From NCBI GenBank assembly GCA_030018315.1, contig JASEGA010000005.1, positions 8,351 through 72,350 on the forward strand: 64,000 nt of DNA, given 5' to 3'. Within the stretch, counting starts at the first letter, position 1. Each line of letters begins with the position of its first letter. This document shows, piece by piece, positions 23,014 to 35,491 of this stretch. Under the pieces are notes generated by a model. The model saw only the letters and a list, made by a program, of their open reading frames with translations. It was not told where the DNA came from and ran no database searches. The translations under genes were made by a program, and so were the position numbers. Source of the DNA: a bacterium. GTDB taxonomy: Bacteria; Hydrothermota; UBA3073; JACQXS01; JAGMCI01.

Positions 23014-24969
23014 ATGGCAGAGAAAGCAATAGGAATTGATTTAGGTACAACTTACTCCTGTGTAGCAATAGTAGAGGGTAAGGAGCGTGTAGTTATTCCA
23101 AATCCAGATGGTGGCCGTACAACTCCTTCTATAGTAGCGATAACATCTTCTGGCGAGCGTCTTGTCGGTCCTTTAGCCAAGCGTCAGATGGTGACTAATC
23201 CTGAAAATACAATATACTCAATTAAGAGGTTTATGGGTAGGCGTTATTCTGAGGTCTCTGAAGAAATAAAGCTTGTTCCGTATAAGGTAGTAGAGGGGCC
23301 GCATCAGGATGCGCGAGTAGTGATGGCTGGCAAGCAGTACTCGCCACCTGAAATATCGGCTTTGGTTCTTCAATACTTGAAGAAAGCAGCAGAAGATTAT
23401 TTAGGCGAGAAAATAACCAAAGCTGTAATCACAGTGCCTGCTTACTTTAACGATGCTCAGCGTCAGGCGACTAAGGATGCGGGTAAGATAGCTGGGTTAG
23501 AAGTTTTGAGGATAATAAATGAGCCAACCGCTGCCTCTTTAGCTTATGGGTTAGGGACAAAGAAAAGGGAGCGTATCGCTGTGTACGACTTTGGGGGTGG
23601 CACATTTGATATCTCTATAATAGAGATAGATATGAAGGAGACTCCTCCTTTGTTTGAAGTAATAGCTACGAATGGTGATACCCATCTTGGTGGCGATAAT
23701 ATTGACCAGCGAATAGCAGACTGGATGGTGAAGGAGTTTAAAAAAGAATATGGGATAGACTTAAGTAAAGACAGGTCTGCTTTACAAAGGTTACGCGATG
23801 CAGCTGAGAAGTCAAAATGTGAGCTTTCCACTACTCTTGAGACAAGTATTAATCTACCTTTTATAACAGCTGACTCATCTGGGCCTAAGCATCTTGATAT
23901 GAAGTTAACACGAGCCAAGTTAGAGTCCTTAGTAGAAGATTTAATAGAACGTTCTCGACGTCCTTGTGAGCAGGCAGTAGAAGATGCAATTAGTAAGACA
24001 GGCTCATCAATAAAGAAGATAGAAGATATTGACCAAGTAGTTCTTGTAGGTGGTATGACTCGTATGCCAAGGATACAGCAATTTGTGCGTGAATTTTTCA
24101 TGAAAGAGCCTAACCGTGGTGTTAATCCTGACGAAGTTGTAGCAGTAGGTGCTGCAATTCAAGCTGATGTCTTATTAGCTGGTGAGGAGAAGAAAGAAAT
24201 CCTTTTATTAGATGTGACTCCCCTAACATTAGGGATTGAGACTTTGGGTGGCGTGATGACTTCTATGATTCAACGTAATACAACTATTCCGACAAGGAAG
24301 TCTCAAATATTTACAACTGCTGCTGATAATCAGACTGCGGTAACTATCCATGTTCTTCAAGGTGAGCGTCCTATGGCAGCTGATAACCGCTCCTTAGGCA
24401 GATTTGACCTTATAGGGATTCCACCTGCTCCTCGTGGTGTCCCACAAATAGAGGTAAGTTTTGATATAGATGCGAATGGTATTTTGGCGGTTAAGGCAAT
24501 AGATAAGGCTACTAATAAAGAGCAATCTATAAGGATTACTGCTTCATCTGGTCTCTCATCTGAAGAAATTGACCGCATGGTGCGTGAGTCAAAGGAACAT
24601 GAGGCTGAAGATAAGCAGAAGAAGGAATTGATTGAGACAAGGAATCAAGCTGACACCTTAATTTACTCAGTTGAGAAAAGTTTAAATGAGTTTGGTGACA
24701 AGGTATCGGAAGATAATAAGAGTAATATTCGTAATGCAATTGATAGTTTAAAGAAAGCAATATCTGGCACTGACATTTCAGCAATCAAAAGCGGTATGGA
24801 TATACTTCAGAAGGCGAGTTACAAGCTTGCTGAAGAAATGTATAAGAAAGCGGGGCCAACTCCTGAGGCAGGTCCAAAGAAGGAAGAGGAGCATAAAGAG
24901 AAGAAAGAAGGTCCTATAGAGGCAGAGTATGAAGTCATAGATGAAGAAAAGAAAGATAAGGATAAATAA
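23014..24969 (+). CDS. dnaK: molecular chaperone DnaK (Hsp70)
   Basis: Motifs [23 protein letters not shown] and [18 protein letters not shown] precedes the ATG at 23014; the track starts at the GTG at 23002. Confidence 0.95.
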   Translation: MAEKAIGIDLGTTYSCVAIVEGKERVVIPNPDGGRTTPSIVAITSSGERLVGPLAKRQMVTNPENTIYSIKRFMGRRYSEVSEEIKLVPYKVVEGPHQDARVVMAGKQYSPPEISALVLQYLKKAAEDYLGEKITKAVITVPAYFNDAQRQATKDAGKIAGLEVLRIINEPTAASLAYGLGTKKRERIAVYDFGGGTFDISIIEIDMKETPPLFEVIATNGDTHLGGDNIDQRIADWMVKEFKKEYGIDLSKDRSALQRLRDAAEKSKCELSTTLETSINLPFITADSSGPKHLDMKLTRAKLESLVEDLIERSRRPCEQAVEDAISKTGSSIKKIEDIDQVVLVGGMTRMPRIQQFVREFFMKEPNRGVNPDEVVAVGAAIQADVLLAGEEKKEILLLDVTPLTLGIETLGGVMTSMIQRNTTIPTRKSQIFTTAADNQTAVTIHVLQGERPMAADNRSLGRFDLIGIPPAPRGVPQIEVSFDIDANGILAVKAIDKATNKEQSIRITASSGLSSEEIDRMVRESKEHEAEDKQKKELIETRNQADTLIYSVEKSLNEFGDKVSEDNKSNIRNAIDSLKKAISGTDISAIKSGMDILQKASYKLAEEMYKKAGPTPEAGPKKEEEHKEKKEGPIEAEYEVIDEEKKDKDK

Positions 24970-24971
24970 AA

Positions 24972-26126
24972 ATGGCAGCGAAGCGTGATTATTACGATAT
25001 TTTAGGTATCTCTAAAAATGCAAGTGCTGACGAGATTAAAGAGGCTTACCGTCGTCTTGCCCGAAAATATCATCCTGATATGAATCCGGATAAGGATAAA
25101 AAGGAGGCAGAGGAGAAATTCAAGGAACTGTCTGAGGCTTACGAAGTTCTAATTGACCCTAATAAACGTAGTATGTACGACCAGTTTGGTCATTCTGGAG
25201 TAGAGTCACAATTTGGACCTGGTGGCTTTAGTTGGAGTAATTTCACCCATTTTTCTGATGTAGAGGATATATTTGGTGACTTACTTGGCGATTTTTTTGG
25301 TGGTTTTAGAGGCGAGTCCATAATTGATAGACTATTTGGGCGAGGGACTTCCACAGGCGCTGCTGGACGTACGAGAGGGGCGGACATCCAAGTAACTATC
25401 CCATTATCTTTACAAGAGATAGCCCATGGTGTAACAAAAAAAATCAGGCTCAAGCGTTATGAGAAATGCTCTTCTTGCAATGGAGTAGGTGGTAAAGGTT
25501 ACAATTCTTGTTCTACTTGTGGTGGTAGCGGTCAAGTAAAGCAGGTGAGTTCAAGTATATTTGGTCAATTTGTGAACATCAGTTCTTGTCCTAAATGTAG
25601 AGGTAGTGGTAGGATTATAAAAGAGCGTTGTCCTGAATGTAGAGGCTCAGGTAAGGTTGAGAAGTTAGCAACGGTCTCAGTAAATGTGCCTGCTGGTGTA
25701 AGTCATGGTAATTATATTCCTATAAGGGGACAGGGGAATGCAGGAAATAACGGAGGTCCTCCTGGTGATTTAATTGTAGTAATAGACGAGAAATCAGACC
25801 CAATATTCAAAAGAGATGGTGCAGATATATTTGTGAGAGTTCCTGTATCTTTTTCAGTTATAACTTTGGGTGGTAATGTTGAGGTTCCCACTCTTGATGG
25901 CAGAGTGGCACTCCGTATACCTCCGGGAACTCAGAGTGGTAAAATATTTAAGCTTCGTGGCAAAGGGCTTCCCAAATTAAATGGTTATGGTAGTGGTGAC
26001 GAATTAGTAGAGGTCTTTGTCCATACTCCTGTGGGTTTATCTCGAGAGGCAGAGGAATTAATAAAGAAGCTTGATAAACTAATTGGACACCCTAAAGTTA
26101 ATACCGGAGGAGGTGAATATGGATGA
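24972..26126 (+). CDS. dnaJ: co-chaperone DnaJ
   Basis: J domain with HPD (KYHPDMN), a G/F-rich region and four CxxCxGxG zinc-finger repeats. Confidence 0.95.
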   Translation: MAAKRDYYDILGISKNASADEIKEAYRRLARKYHPDMNPDKDKKEAEEKFKELSEAYEVLIDPNKRSMYDQFGHSGVESQFGPGGFSWSNFTHFSDVEDIFGDLLGDFFGGFRGESIIDRLFGRGTSTGAAGRTRGADIQVTIPLSLQEIAHGVTKKIRLKRYEKCSSCNGVGGKGYNSCSTCGGSGQVKQVSSSIFGQFVNISSCPKCRGSGRIIKERCPECRGSGKVEKLATVSVNVPAGVSHGNYIPIRGQGNAGNNGGPPGDLIVVIDEKSDPIFKRDGADIFVRVPVSFSVITLGGNVEVPTLDGRVALRIPPGTQSGKIFKLRGKGLPKLNGYGSGDELVEVFVHTPVGLSREAEELIKKLDKLIGHPKVNTGGGEYG

Positions 26127-26299
26127 TTATTGTCAAAGTAAAAGAGGGCGAATCTTTCGAATCTGCCTATCGTCGTTTTAAGCGTCAGTGTGAGAAGGAG
26201 CGTCTTTTTTCAGAGTTTAAGAAACATGAGCGATATGAGAAACCGTCGCAGAGAAGAAAAAGTAAAAGGTCTCAAGTTATAAGAAAAATAGGTAAGTGA
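26123..26299 (+). CDS. rpsU: 30S ribosomal protein S21
   Basis: Hand translation gives [58 protein letters not shown] (58 aa, below the track cutoff). It has an ATGA overlap with dnaJ and a GTGA overlap with dnaG. Confidence 0.85.
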   Translation: MIIVKVKEGESFESAYRRFKRQCEKERLFSEFKKHERYEKPSQRRKSKRSQVIRKIGK

Positions 26300-27918
26300 A
26301 AATACCCCAGGATAAGATATCCCAAATTCATGATGCAATCCCAATTGAGGAATTAATTGGGTCTTATATCCCTTTGAAGAGAGTGGGCAAAAATTTTAAG
26401 TCCCTTTGTCCTTTTCATTCTGAGCGTACTCCTTCTTTTTTTATCTCTCCTGAAAAAGGACTTTATCACTGTTTTGGTTGCGGCAAATCTGGTAATATAT
26501 TCACTTTTATGATGGAATATAATAATTTGACATTCCCTCAAGCTATTAGGTTTCTTGGTGAGAAGGCAGGTATTCATGTAGAATCTGTAGAAGATGTAAA
26601 TGAGAATTTGTATAAAGCAAACGAATTTGCAGCCAGACTTTACCACTCGTCTCTTTTCAGTGATAATGGACTTCCGGGTCGCAAGTGGCTTGAGTACCGT
26701 GGCATTCAAAGAGATATTGTTGATAAATTTATGATAGGTTATGCACCGAGTGACTCTATTGTATATCTAAATTCAAGCTCCAAAGGAATAAATTTAGCAG
26801 ATCTCGAAACCCTTGGTCTTTTAGTCAAGCTTGAAGGTGGTGGCTACCGCGATACCTTTAGTATGAAGGTGATTTTTCCTATAAGGGATAGGTGGGGTAA
26901 GGTCTTAGGTTTTGGTACAAGAGTTCTTGACAATAGTGAGCCAAAATATATAAACTCACGAGATTCTCCTGTGTTTAAGAAGGGCAATTTATTATATGGA
27001 CTTTACGAATCTCAGCCCTACATAAAAGAAGAAGTAATTCTCGTAGAAGGTTATACAGATTTACTGACTCTTTATCAATCTGGTATAAAAAATGTAGTAG
27101 CAAGCTTGGGAACTTCACTTACTGCTTATCAGGCGCGTCTTTTAAAACTTCATGCTTCAAGTGTAATCCTTATCTACGATGGTGATATTGAAGGACTTAA
27201 GGCAGCTGAGAGAGCCATAGATATATTACTTGAGACATCACTTAATGTTAAAATCCTTCCTTTATCTGAAGGTGAGGATCCTGATTCATTTGTCAGAAAA
27301 TATGGCAAACTCGACCTAAGCGGGGCACAAAGTTTTGTAGAATTTAAATTTAAAGAATGTAAAGATGTGTATGAAAAGGGTGTTCTTGTAAGAAGTTTTC
27401 AGCAAACTTTAAGTAAAATTTCTGATGCACAGAAAAGGGAACTTTGGGCAGATTACATTTCACAGAAGTTAGGTGTGAATCGCAACTTCCTACTTGTAGT
27501 CCCTACCTCGTCCCCATATGTTAAACCTGCTGTCTCCAAAATGGAATTGGAGGGGTTAGAAATTGAGCTATTAGCTCTTGCATCTTCTTATCCAATAGTG
27601 AAAGAGTTACTGCTTAAGAATCAGTTTGAATTTTCAACACCCGAATTAAGTTCTCTTTTTGATTTAGTATTAAAAGGCATGAAACCTTCAGAAATTCTTA
27701 ATTCTGTAAGTGAGTGTTTGAGAACCAGTTTTACAAAGGTTATCTTCTTGGAAGGTGTTGATTCTAAAAAAATGGCTTTTGATTATATCAATCGTATAAC
27801 GAGATGGAAAGCCGATCTCCGTAAAATAGAGTTACGTGAGATAGGCGATAAGGAAGGTTGGACTCCTGAGCATTTAGCTGAGTATCAAAAGCTAACCACA
27901 AAACTAAAAGGAGGTTAA
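26296..27918 (+). CDS. dnaG: DNA primase
   Basis: Zinc finger [16 protein letters not shown], and TOPRIM motifs EGYTDLL and YDGDIEG. Confidence 0.9.
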   Translation: MKIPQDKISQIHDAIPIEELIGSYIPLKRVGKNFKSLCPFHSERTPSFFISPEKGLYHCFGCGKSGNIFTFMMEYNNLTFPQAIRFLGEKAGIHVESVEDVNENLYKANEFAARLYHSSLFSDNGLPGRKWLEYRGIQRDIVDKFMIGYAPSDSIVYLNSSSKGINLADLETLGLLVKLEGGGYRDTFSMKVIFPIRDRWGKVLGFGTRVLDNSEPKYINSRDSPVFKKGNLLYGLYESQPYIKEEVILVEGYTDLLTLYQSGIKNVVASLGTSLTAYQARLLKLHASSVILIYDGDIEGLKAAERAIDILLETSLNVKILPLSEGEDPDSFVRKYGKLDLSGAQSFVEFKFKECKDVYEKGVLVRSFQQTLSKISDAQKRELWADYISQKLGVNRNFLLVVPTSSPYVKPAVSKMELEGLEIELLALASSYPIVKELLLKNQFEFSTPELSSLFDLVLKGMKPSEILNSVSECLRTSFTKVIFLEGVDSKKMAFDYINRITRWKADLRKIELREIGDKEGWTPEHLAEYQKLTTKLKGG

Positions 27919-27923
27919 AAGTT

Positions 27924-29456
27924 ATGGGCCAAGAGATAAAGAGGATAATGAAATTTGTAGACGAAAATGGTGAGATAACTTATGAAAAGTTAAACGATGT
28001 TCTTCCCGAGGACTTCATATCTCCACGTACATTTGAACGTATTATTTCCGAACTTGAGACCTTAGGTATAAAAGTTGTAGAAGAGACTCGTAAGCCTACC
28101 CCCCAAGAACCTCCTCTTGAGACTCATCGTCTTGAAGACCCTATAAGGATGTACCTTCGTGATGTTGGTTCAGTTCGTCTCTTATCTAAAGATGATGAAG
28201 TAAGATTATCAAAGCAGCTTGAAGATAACTATATTGAGATAGCGAATATTATTTTTTCTACTACGTTTGCAATGGATGAACTTCTCAAGTACCGCTCCAA
28301 GATCGAGCATCGTCAGATTCCGCCTGATGAATTTATCAGAATAGGTGTCCCTTCACCTTCTCCAGAACTCGTTGAGCAAGAAAGGCGTCGTATCCTTGAT
28401 ACTATGAACTTTATCAAAGCTAAGCGTGACGAAATTGTAAATTTGTATCGAAATAGGACTCCAGCATCTGTTATTAAGAGAAGACGCCGCTGTATAAGAG
28501 ATAAAATTGTAAAGATTGGCTTACAATTTAGTTATATAGATGAGATTTTACACAAACTTAGGGATTTTTATGAAAAAAACTGTGTAGAGGAAGAACGTTC
28601 AATTGTAACTCGTAAGCACTCTCGTTCCAAGCACGCACATAGAAATATAGAAGAAAAACTTTGTATGAAAAAGGGCAGTTTTAAAAAATTGCTCTCCAAA
28701 GTGAGTAAGTACGAGCGTGCAGCGACAAAAATAAAACAGCATATGGTTCATGCAAATGTGCGTTTAGTAATTTCAATTGCAAAGCGATATATAAGTCGGG
28801 GGCTTGAATTTACTGACCTCATTCAAGAGGGTAATGCCGGTCTAATAAAAGCGGTCTCTAAGTTTGACTATCGCAAAGGGTATAAGTTTTCGACTTATGC
28901 CAGTTGGTGGATTCGTCAATCAATTTCGAGAGCGATATCAGATTACTCGAGAGCCATAAGAGTCCCTGTCCATATGACTGAAATAGTTCATCGTGTCCTT
29001 CGTGAGATAAGGCTTATTATGCAAGAAGATAGTAAAGAACCAAGTCCAGAGGAGCTTGCTGACAGACTAAGTCTGCCACTGAATAAAATAAAAAATGTGT
29101 ATCGCATAGCGCAGGATATAGCCTCACTTGATCGTCCAATTGGTGACGATGACGACTCATTCTTAGGCGACTTTATTGCCAGTGATAGTGAGAATTCACC
29201 CGCCTATTCAATTTCAAGGACTATCTTAAAAGAGAGATTAGAAGATATCTTAAAAGATCTTTCTAAGAGGGAGCAAAAAGTAATTGAAATGCGATTTGGT
29301 CTTCGTGGTCATCAATCAAAGACATTAGAAGAGATAGGTCTTATATTTGATGTAACACGTGAGCGTATTCGTCAAATTGAGCAAAAGGCACTTAAAAAAT
29401 TAAAGTATAAAGAAAGGAAGAAAAAGTTAGAGCCTTTACTTGAATTACTTAAATAA
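27924..29456 (+). CDS. rpoD: primary RNA polymerase sigma factor (sigma70 family)
   Basis: Region 2 motifs [14 protein letters not shown] and [13 protein letters not shown], and region 4 [20 protein letters not shown]. Confidence 0.9.
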   Translation: MGQEIKRIMKFVDENGEITYEKLNDVLPEDFISPRTFERIISELETLGIKVVEETRKPTPQEPPLETHRLEDPIRMYLRDVGSVRLLSKDDEVRLSKQLEDNYIEIANIIFSTTFAMDELLKYRSKIEHRQIPPDEFIRIGVPSPSPELVEQERRRILDTMNFIKAKRDEIVNLYRNRTPASVIKRRRRCIRDKIVKIGLQFSYIDEILHKLRDFYEKNCVEEERSIVTRKHSRSKHAHRNIEEKLCMKKGSFKKLLSKVSKYERAATKIKQHMVHANVRLVISIAKRYISRGLEFTDLIQEGNAGLIKAVSKFDYRKGYKFSTYASWWIRQSISRAISDYSRAIRVPVHMTEIVHRVLREIRLIMQEDSKEPSPEELADRLSLPLNKIKNVYRIAQDIASLDRPIGDDDDSFLGDFIASDSENSPAYSISRTILKERLEDILKDLSKREQKVIEMRFGLRGHQSKTLEEIGLIFDVTRERIRQIEQKALKKLKYKERKKKLEPLLELLK

Positions 29457-32400
29457 ATCCGTTTTCTCCCTATGTCGCTTTGCTTGGTACATAAATACTT
29501 CAAGCCTTGTCTCTATTGTGGATTGTTCAAGACCATCATAAGTAAGATCTAAGCAAGGTATCCGGTAGTCTTCCCTGAATCTCTTCAATACAGCAGTAGT
29601 AACCGTTCCCGGCATACAAGTGAAAGGCATGACATTGATGAGCCCATTAATCCTACCTTTGTGCGCCCAATTTACAGCATTGCCAATACTTAAGGCTGCT
29701 TCACCAAAGTACTTGATTAAATAGGGGGCAGCAGCATCCCATATCTTATATATTTCAGTCTCTTCCAAATCCATTGAAAAGTCCTTTACCTTTCTGAATA
29801 ATCCATGCTCAAAATATTTTAAGAATTTATCAAAAAACAGAAGAAAAAAACATGGTAAATATTTTCTCTCCATAATGTAATCCAACCTCCTTGTCCCACT
29901 TGTGTGAAAACCCCATTCTTGAGCTGAAGGTAAAACTACTTCACCGCCAAGGGACTCTATCCTTCTTACTATATTATTGTTACTATAAACATGATTACGA
30001 ACAAATATTTCTCCTACTATTCCTATCTTTGGTCTAGATTCATTGATCACTGGAATTTGCTCAAATTCAGTCCTTGCTCTCTGTAAAGCGGAAACAACTC
30101 CGCCTCTCTCTATTGCATCACAAATTGCATAAAGAGAGCTCTTGTACACACTATCTGTCTCACCTATGTTCGCTTCATAAGGTCTTGTCTTTCTTAACAT
30201 TTTATCAAGACAATCAATAGCAATGACGCCCTGCAATGCTTTTAGAAATGTGAAGATACCTCTCGGATTTGCTATATTACATGTTTTATAAAATTCATTG
30301 CTCTCAGGGGCAAGAGGTGAAATAATTGGAACATCCTCATAACCTAACTCATCAAGTATCATTCTCTGTAATTTGTTATATTGCCCGAATCGGCATGGGC
30401 CATAGGCTGTTGGCATTAAGAAAGCAACTTTAGAAGGGTCATTCCTTTTGAGCACCTTTATCATATCACCCGTCGTTATAATACATGGATAGCATTCCTT
30501 ACCAAGGGTAAATTTTCTCCCCCATTCAAGTGTCTCGTCATCCGATGAAAGTAATTCTGCTTTAATACCATTTGCTTTAAAAGCAGTGAGAAGTGCAAAA
30601 GCGTAATCTCCCATATGTGGGATATAAATAGTGCGGTCAGAACGCTTTGTGAATGTACAAGTTGTCTCCTTTTTTATAAATTTACTCGCACATGAAAAAG
30701 CAACCATCTTTTGACTGAGTGAATCCAAAAAAGCTTCACACCTTGTCATTACACCGACATCTGCACTATGTTCATCAACTTCTATTTGTAGAAAGGGTTT
30801 ATTTCCAATCTCTTTTCTAAAGAACTGAGTTATGAAAGAATCAGGACCACACCCAAAGTTTGTTATATAGATGCAATTTAATCTTGGGTTATCCCTAATC
30901 ACACGGGCAGCAGATAGAATTCTATGACCAGATTTCCAATACATATTTGGCCAATCAGAAGAGATATCCATATCGTCAACTGGTAAGTAGTCCATTGGTA
31001 TAGCTGTTACGCCAAGCTCCCTTAACTTTCTTGAAATACCAAGACTAATACTTTGATCACAAATATTATAAGCTCTCCCAACTATAACAATTGCACTCTC
31101 AAGATTTTTTAATACCTCCTTACCTCTTAGCTTGATTGAACTATAGAATTTCTGTTGCGCAGCCAGTGCATGTAAAAATGATTTTGTGACCTCCATTTTG
31201 CTTTTCCCAAGACTTTGTCCGAACTCTAAAAGTTCTCTCCTCAAGACTTTCTCTATCCTGAAATGTAGAATTGGATGTAGAATTGGGATATCAGGCTTTA
31301 TAGCAGCTTTAATAATATGAGGAATTTCCTGGTTATAAGGACAAGTATAACTTTTTTCCATTCCTTTTGGACAGAGTGTATCAATAATGCTTGGCAAAAA
31401 TACGTAGTCCACGCCCTTATCCAAGAGGTTTAATACATGACCATGAGCAACCTTCACTGGAAAGCAAGTTTCAGCTACTACACGTTCAAGCCCATTATAT
31501 ATCATCCTTTTGTTTGTTGGGTCTGAAAGAACTACCTTAAAACCAAGTTCATTGAAGAACATATTAAAGAATGGCAAACACTCATGGAAGAGTAATGCGT
31601 AAGGGATACCAATTCTTAAGGGATGCTTCCCCGTCTTTAAAACCTCTTCTGAACCATAACCTTGTTCCTGTTTGTAAGATTTAAGGAGCATCTCTTCGCG
31701 CTCAGTAAATAAGTCTAACTTTGAACTTTGCCCTGAATTAAGTTCAGGCTTGAACTTTGAACTCTTTTCATACTTTTCACATCTTCCACCATAGAATAAA
31801 GGCTTACTATCCTCAACAACAACGCTTTTAATTTCACACCTGTTTGGACAACCATTGCATTCAAAAGAATTCTGACTGTATTTTACCTTAGGGATTGTAT
31901 CAAAGCCCCTAAATTTAGTCCTCCAATTAACTCTTTCAAGAGCAATTATTGCTGCGCCTATTGCTCCAGTCACATGGTGGTTTTGAGGGACAGTTATTGA
32001 TTTACCAAGAACTTTTTCAAAAGCAGCTACTACTCCTTTATTAAATGCAACTGCACCCTGAAAAAAAATGTGGTCACCAATTCGCTTCTTACCTACAACA
32101 CGATTTAAGTAGTTTGTTACAATAGAATAGGCTAAACCTGCCACAAGGTCAGCCTTGATAGCCCCTTTTTGTTGATATGAGACAAGATTTGTCTCCATAA
32201 ACACCGTGCACCTTTCACCAAGGTCGAGAGGAGATTTTGAAGCAAGAGCAATATCACCAAACTCCTCTATCGTTATACCGAGTCTCTCTGCTTGCTCTTC
32301 AAGAAAAGAGCCCGTCCCAGCTGCACATACTTTATTCATCTCAAAGTCAACAATTGCACCATTTTCTAATGATATATACTTTGAGTCTTGCCCCCCAATC

Positions 32401-33668
32401 TCAAAGATTGTATCCACTTTACTATCTATGTCAGATGCCGCTTTCGCTTGAGCAGTAATTTCATTAATCACAACATCAGCTCCAACAAAGTCGCCAATCA
32501 TGTATCTACCAGAGCCAGTGGTGCCCACACCTACAACATTAATATTGTTGCCTACCTGTTTACTAATCTCTTCTATGCCCCTTCGGACAGCTTCTATTGG
32601 ACGGCCAGCAGTCATTAGATAACATTTTGCAATAAGCTTTTTGTATCTGTCTATAGCTACCACATTAGTACTTATTGAGCCCACATCTATTCCAATAAAA
32701 GCATCCACTTTTCCATTTCCAAAGTTATACTCAGGAGGGTTATCAGTTGGCATCTTAGACTTAACCAGCTCTAATCGCTCAAGAACTTTGCAATCAAAAT
32801 TATGCTTTTTAAGATAGGCATCTAAAATCTTGATATAATCCCCAATTTTATCCGTTGAATTATGGTATATATGGGTCTGCTGCCCTGTATCTATAGACTT
32901 AGAATTCTCTATTAACACCAGAGCTACCCCAATTGCACCCATTGATGCGCAGTGCTCCGGAACTATTAACTCTCCAATTGATAATCCAATTACCTCTTCA
33001 AAAGCTCTCACTACACCTTTGTTATATGCACAGCCACCCTGAAATACTATAGGCCTTTTGAATTCTCTCCCTTTTGCAACATTGGATTTGAAATTACGTG
33101 CCAAAGCATAACATAAGCCAGCCACTATATCATAATCTGGGGTCCCCTCTTGTTGTAGATGGATCATATCTGTCTTAGCAAAAACACTACACCTGCCAGC
33201 AATCCGTGGAGGGCTATTCGACTTAAGAGCTATATCACTAAATTCCTCTATTGATAGACCAAGTCTTGAAGCCTGTTGGTCAAGGAATGAGCCAGTCCCA
33301 GCTGCACATAGCTCGTTCATGGCATAATCTTCTGTCTCTATATCAATAAATTTGGAGTCAGCACCTCCAATCTCAATTATAGTACGAGCCCCATTATACA
33401 AGTGCTTAACAGATGTGGATTGGGCACTCATCTCATTGACAAAATTTATGCCAAGTAAATTAGATATAAGCCTACCACCAGAGCCTGTAACTCCTATATT
33501 AGCTATAGTCTCAGACTCGTTGAGAAGAGACTTAAGGCAATCAATTACAACTTTAATAGGTTCTCCTAAATGTTTTGTATAAGGGAAGACATTTAGTATT
33601 CTGCCTGTCTCATCTAAAACGGCTGTGTTTACACTGACAGACCCTATATCAATGCCAATATATAACAT
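29445..33668 (-). CDS. giant fusion: two BadF/BadG/BcrA/BcrD-type (HgdC-like) activase ATPase modules plus a dehydratase/DUF2229-like C-terminal region
   Basis: 1407 aa. Duplicated actin-fold ATPase starts ([16 protein letters not shown]; [16 protein letters not shown]) and duplicated CAAGTGSFL(D/E)(Q/E)QA and ERC(S/T)VF motifs carry the cluster-bridging Cys. The Cys-rich linker is [11 protein letters not shown]. The 3' end overlaps convergent rpoD by 12 nt. Confidence 0.75.
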   Translation of the reverse strand: MLYIGIDIGSVSVNTAVLDETGRILNVFPYTKHLGEPIKVVIDCLKSLLNESETIANIGVTGSGGRLISNLLGINFVNEMSAQSTSVKHLYNGARTIIEIGGADSKFIDIETEDYAMNELCAAGTGSFLDQQASRLGLSIEEFSDIALKSNSPPRIAGRCSVFAKTDMIHLQQEGTPDYDIVAGLCYALARNFKSNVAKGREFKRPIVFQGGCAYNKGVVRAFEEVIGLSIGELIVPEHCASMGAIGVALVLIENSKSIDTGQQTHIYHNSTDKIGDYIKILDAYLKKHNFDCKVLERLELVKSKMPTDNPPEYNFGNGKVDAFIGIDVGSISTNVVAIDRYKKLIAKCYLMTAGRPIEAVRRGIEEISKQVGNNINVVGVGTTGSGRYMIGDFVGADVVINEITAQAKAASDIDSKVDTIFEIGGQDSKYISLENGAIVDFEMNKVCAAGTGSFLEEQAERLGITIEEFGDIALASKSPLDLGERCTVFMETNLVSYQQKGAIKADLVAGLAYSIVTNYLNRVVGKKRIGDHIFFQGAVAFNKGVVAAFEKVLGKSITVPQNHHVTGAIGAAIIALERVNWRTKFRGFDTIPKVKYSQNSFECNGCPNRCEIKSVVVEDSKPLFYGGRCEKYEKSSKFKPELNSGQSSKLDLFTEREEMLLKSYKQEQGYGSEEVLKTGKHPLRIGIPYALLFHECLPFFNMFFNELGFKVVLSDPTNKRMIYNGLERVVAETCFPVKVAHGHVLNLLDKGVDYVFLPSIIDTLCPKGMEKSYTCPYNQEIPHIIKAAIKPDIPILHPILHFRIEKVLRRELLEFGQSLGKSKMEVTKSFLHALAAQQKFYSSIKLRGKEVLKNLESAIVIVGRAYNICDQSISLGISRKLRELGVTAIPMDYLPVDDMDISSDWPNMYWKSGHRILSAARVIRDNPRLNCIYITNFGCGPDSFITQFFRKEIGNKPFLQIEVDEHSADVGVMTRCEAFLDSLSQKMVAFSCASKFIKKETTCTFTKRSDRTIYIPHMGDYAFALLTAFKANGIKAELLSSDDETLEWGRKFTLGKECYPCIITTGDMIKVLKRNDPSKVAFLMPTAYGPCRFGQYNKLQRMILDELGYEDVPIISPLAPESNEFYKTCNIANPRGIFTFLKALQGVIAIDCLDKMLRKTRPYEANIGETDSVYKSSLYAICDAIERGGVVSALQRARTEFEQIPVINESRPKIGIVGEIFVRNHVYSNNNIVRRIESLGGEVVLPSAQEWGFHTSGTRRLDYIMERKYLPCFFLLFFDKFLKYFEHGLFRKVKDFSMDLEETEIYKIWDAAAPYLIKYFGEAALSIGNAVNWAHKGRINGLINVMPFTCMPGTVTTAVLKRFREDYRIPCLDLTYDGLEQSTIETRLEVFMYQAKRHREKTDLFK

Positions 33669-33710
33669 AAGTCTTATAACAATTTATCCTAAAGCGAATT
33701 AAGGAGTTTC

Positions 33711-33738
33711 TTGACAAATTTAAAATATTTGTTATTAT
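33711..33738 (+). promoter_or_regulatory. sigma70-type promoter for the ABC-2 transporter operon
   Basis: TTGACA, 16-nt spacer, TATTAT. The ATG at 33749 is 10 nt after the -10 box, and there is no SD. Confidence 0.55.
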
Positions 33739-33748
33739 AAATCAACTA

Positions 33749-34690
33749 ATGAATAATAATATATCAATAGTGAATCTTGTCAAGCTTTTTCGTAAGCATA
33801 AAAGTACTGTTCGTGCAGTATCAGGTGTTTCATTTGATATAAAAGCTGGTGAACTTTTTGGTCTTGTAGGTCCAAATGGGGCTGGCAAAACTACTCTTAT
33901 AAAATGCCTTTCTACTTTACTTATCCCTGACGAAGGAACAGCCACTGTGGGTGGGTATGACATTCTAATGTTTCCATTTGAAGTTCGTAAAAATATAGGC
34001 GTCCTAACAGGCGGTGAGCGTTCCCTTTATTGGAAATTAACCCCTATTGATAACCTTCGCTATTTTGGCACTCTTTACGGTGTACCTAAAAATGAACTCG
34101 CTCATCGTATAGATTATCTTCTTGAGCTAATGGAGCTTGTCTCCAATGCAAACGAGCGTGTCGAGCGTCTATCTCAAGGTATGAAGCAAAAACTGTCTTT
34201 TGCACGTACCCTCATTCATGACCCTCCTATTTTACTTGTAGATGAACCTACACTTGGACTTGACCCATCATTTGCCAGATTTATAAGGAGCTTTATTAAA
34301 AATGAACTTAATAAAAAGTTGAAAAAGACAATACTATTAACTACTCATTATATGGAGGAAGCAGACGAGCTATGTGATAGGGTTGCATTTATGAACGATG
34401 GCAAAATAAAAGCAATTGATACTCCTCAGAATTTAAAAGACATGATAACCCATGAAAAGATAATTGAACTTAAATGCATGGGTAACATTGACTCCAACAC
34501 GGTTCCCGGAGCTTCCATTTTCCATAGTGATGGTTTTACATTTTTACGAATGCCTTCAGCTGACCCCGAATCCTGTCTTTCTTCACTTATTGATAAAATT
34601 CGTAATTCTGCAAAGGTTCTTAGAGTAGAAGTAACAAACCCCACACTTGAGGATGTATTTGTTTATCTCACTGGTAGGGGATTAAAATGA
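33749..34690 (+). CDS. ABC transporter ATP-binding protein (DrrA/ABC-2 type)
   Basis: Walker A GPNGAGKTT, signature LSQGMKQK and Walker B ILLVDEPT. Confidence 0.85.
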   Translation: MNNNISIVNLVKLFRKHKSTVRAVSGVSFDIKAGELFGLVGPNGAGKTTLIKCLSTLLIPDEGTATVGGYDILMFPFEVRKNIGVLTGGERSLYWKLTPIDNLRYFGTLYGVPKNELAHRIDYLLELMELVSNANERVERLSQGMKQKLSFARTLIHDPPILLVDEPTLGLDPSFARFIRSFIKNELNKKLKKTILLTTHYMEEADELCDRVAFMNDGKIKAIDTPQNLKDMITHEKIIELKCMGNIDSNTVPGASIFHSDGFTFLRMPSADPESCLSSLIDKIRNSAKVLRVEVTNPTLEDVFVYLTGRGLK

Positions 34691-35490
34691 GAATAGTAGT
34701 AGAAGAAGTGCGTAAAATGATAAAAATTGTTAGTGCTTACCCAATTGAGATTGCTTTCTGGATTTTTGCTCCTCTGCTTTGGGTTCTCCCACTTGTGTTT
34801 CAAGGTATGGCACTTGCTGGAGGGCTTAATAGTGTGGCTTTCAAAAAATTAGCAGGAACAGGCGACTTTATTCCGTTTGTGATTGTGGGTGCAATTGTGA
34901 GCACTTATATGTTTTCAGCAGTCTGGGGGATGGGTAACTCTTTACGTGAAGAGATATACTATGGGACACTTGAACATATTTTATCATCGCCGAGTCCTAA
35001 AATATATATACTTCTTGGTAAAGCATTATTTGAATCAATGCTATCAACACTATTTGTTTGTATACAACTACTTATCTGTATCTGCTTCTTCGGTATAAGA
35101 CTAACTTTAGTTAAAATAGCACCTATCCTACTATTTCTTATCTTACTTCTTGCAGGGTTGTATGGGATAGGAACTGCAGTTGCAGGTCTTACTGTTGCTC
35201 TAAAGGAAACACATGGTATATTCCATTGCTTGGAGTCTGTTCTGTACTTGTTTTCACCAATTCGTTATCCTGTAACCATACATCCTGTGACTCGTATAGT
35301 AAGTGCTTTCATTCCTCTTACCTATGCACTTGTAGCACTGAGAGGCATTATTTTAGATATACCTGTTAACTTATGGAGGAATGCACTATTTCTTCTTGCA
35401 ATTGATTGCATCATTGTCCCTTTAGGCTTCTTTCTATTTCAGCGTGTAGATAAGAGTACAAGATTGAAAGGGACCTTATCACATTACTGA
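34687..35490 (+). CDS. ABC-2 type transporter permease
   Basis: 267 aa, about 6 TM, with an ATGA overlap with the ATPase gene. Confidence 0.7.
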   Translation: MRIVVEEVRKMIKIVSAYPIEIAFWIFAPLLWVLPLVFQGMALAGGLNSVAFKKLAGTGDFIPFVIVGAIVSTYMFSAVWGMGNSLREEIYYGTLEHILSSPSPKIYILLGKALFESMLSTLFVCIQLLICICFFGIRLTLVKIAPILLFLILLLAGLYGIGTAVAGLTVALKETHGIFHCLESVLYLFSPIRYPVTIHPVTRIVSAFIPLTYALVALRGIILDIPVNLWRNALFLLAIDCIIVPLGFFLFQRVDKSTRLKGTLSHY

Positions 35491-35491
35491 A

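Noticed and set aside
23544-24784. Minus-strand ORFs (185, 73 and 82 aa) inside dnaK
   Set aside because: They are antisense shadows of a highly conserved gene, with no start context or family motifs.
29445-33668. The giant ORF as an NRPS/PKS or polymorphic toxin
   Set aside because: It has no condensation, adenylation or carrier motifs, and no secretion or toxin signatures. The duplicated actin-fold ATPase motifs clearly indicate the activase family.
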